From positions 342,633 to 406,632 of the forward strand of contig NW_002060974.1 in the NCBI RefSeq assembly GCF_000150275.1: a DNA stretch of 64,000 bases. The letters are read 5' to 3'. The stretch is from Trichoplax adhaerens (Eukaryota; Animalia; Placozoa). This document shows positions 62,926 through 64,000 of the stretch, in pieces. The position numbers and the translations under genes were made by a program. Each line of letters starts with the position of its first letter. The stretch's first letter is position 1. A model generated the notes under the pieces. The model was not told the DNA's origin and searched no databases. It worked only from the letters and a program-made list of their open reading frames with translations.

Positions 62926-64000
62926 ATAGTATGAAATCAATGGCTCATTTTTAGATCTACTTGCAAAATGCAACAGCTTAATACACTAGAAGTTAATAAA
63001 ATGTTTCTAGAGCTGATTGCGAAACTGGCATAGTTTAATTAAAGCCAATAAATTCAACTGTTTTGTAGCGTACTAAATCAAAGATCTTCTTGAACGAGAT
63101 TTTAATTTAATAAAGTTGAATGCTCCGATACTCTAGCTATGTATTATGAATATACCGAATGATCAAATACAATCATTATTGATGTTTAACGGCAATGAAA
63201 TACGAGTAGCCTGTATGTTGTATAGAAGTGACAATTGCCTTTGCAACCCTACTAATTTGGTTGAAAATGAAGTCAAACCTATACTTGAGTCTTAAATGTG
63301 CAGTAAAATTTGAATGTTTATTAAAACTTAGGGGACAAGCTGTGTACAAGATATAAAAAATATTGTTTTAAATCATCTTAAGATCACGAATGTGAACACT
63401 TACTGTACAAATCGGTTACACTAAGGTAGATAAATCGATAACATGCTATCTTCAAACTGCAGAGTCAAATATCTACATACTTTAAATATTCAATTATTGA
63501 ATAAAACTAAGCGCAACGATTCAAAAACTTCGCCAATTTGGAAAATCAATGCTATTTGGCACTGTATGATATTACATTGCAATATATTAACCAGGGGAAT
63601 TGTCTACTTTAGACTTCAAATTTGGGGTATCAGACTGTATGACGTTGATGTTTTCGCAACAGTCTCACAGAGCGTTAGGAAATACTTCCCTATCATTTAG
63701 AGCTTGTTACTAGTGATTTGATAAATGGTGCCTTAGGCTTAATACAAAGACATTTGATGTCATGCATATGCATGACATCAACATTTACATACACGTTTAA
63801 AAACAATTACACTTCTCATTTAAGGATGAAATATGACTGAAAACTGAAACATGAATATCCATTGCTATTTCGGATACTGCATACACGTTGGATATTTTAT
63901 GTTGCATGCGTTGCTTATTTAGTTCCTAAACATGATGATAGAGCCATATCGTACTTACTTGCTTCCTTCGACGTATGTTAATAATGACCTATTTGCATTC
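62926..64000. repeat. Near-identical copy of ~55718-56790 (NB-ARC intron plus the 3' end of the WHD exon)
   Basis: Direct match at an offset of ~7.2 kb; the ORF-track entries 56232-56489 and 63443-63700 differ at one residue. Confidence 0.95.

Noticed and set aside
1-64000. CRISPR arrays, rRNA/tRNA genes, prokaryotic defence operons, autonomous transposons
   Set aside because: None seen. The DNA is spliceosomal-intron-containing animal sequence with no regularly spaced repeats and no transposase or RT ORFs. A small ncRNA could have been missed by eye.

Overview
AT-rich eukaryotic (animal) genomic DNA with many short GT-AG introns. Gene content and style suggest a placozoan such as Trichoplax; this is an inference, not proven. 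Left to right: (1) 1-6.3 kb, a nested tandem/segmental duplication carrying intronless rhodopsin-type GPCR 5' fragments and a decayed ORF of unknown family; (2) a complete 17-exon BRF1 (TFIIIB) gene whose intron 3 has U12-type minor-spliceosome signals; (3) a long non-coding stretch, then an intronless SLC3 (rBAT/4F2hc) heavy-chain gene whose GH13 catalytic residues are all substituted; (4) a 10-exon PREPL-like S9A peptidase with an intact triad; (5) an alpha-arrestin without PPxY motifs; (6) decayed CARD-like exons; (7) an ~18 kb minus-strand gene that I can splice by eye into one open frame of at least ~1,537 aa: Death domain - Apaf-1-type NB-ARC (NBD/HD1/WHD/HD2) - Roc-COR GTPase - Cys cluster - linker microexons - Death domain. 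In this gene a Roco GTPase module occupies the place of the Apaf-1 WD40 sensor, and the MHD motif reads LHG. A 50-N gap follows, then a near-identical copy of part of this gene. All exon structures were assembled by hand from splice signals and protein motifs, with no transcript evidence.
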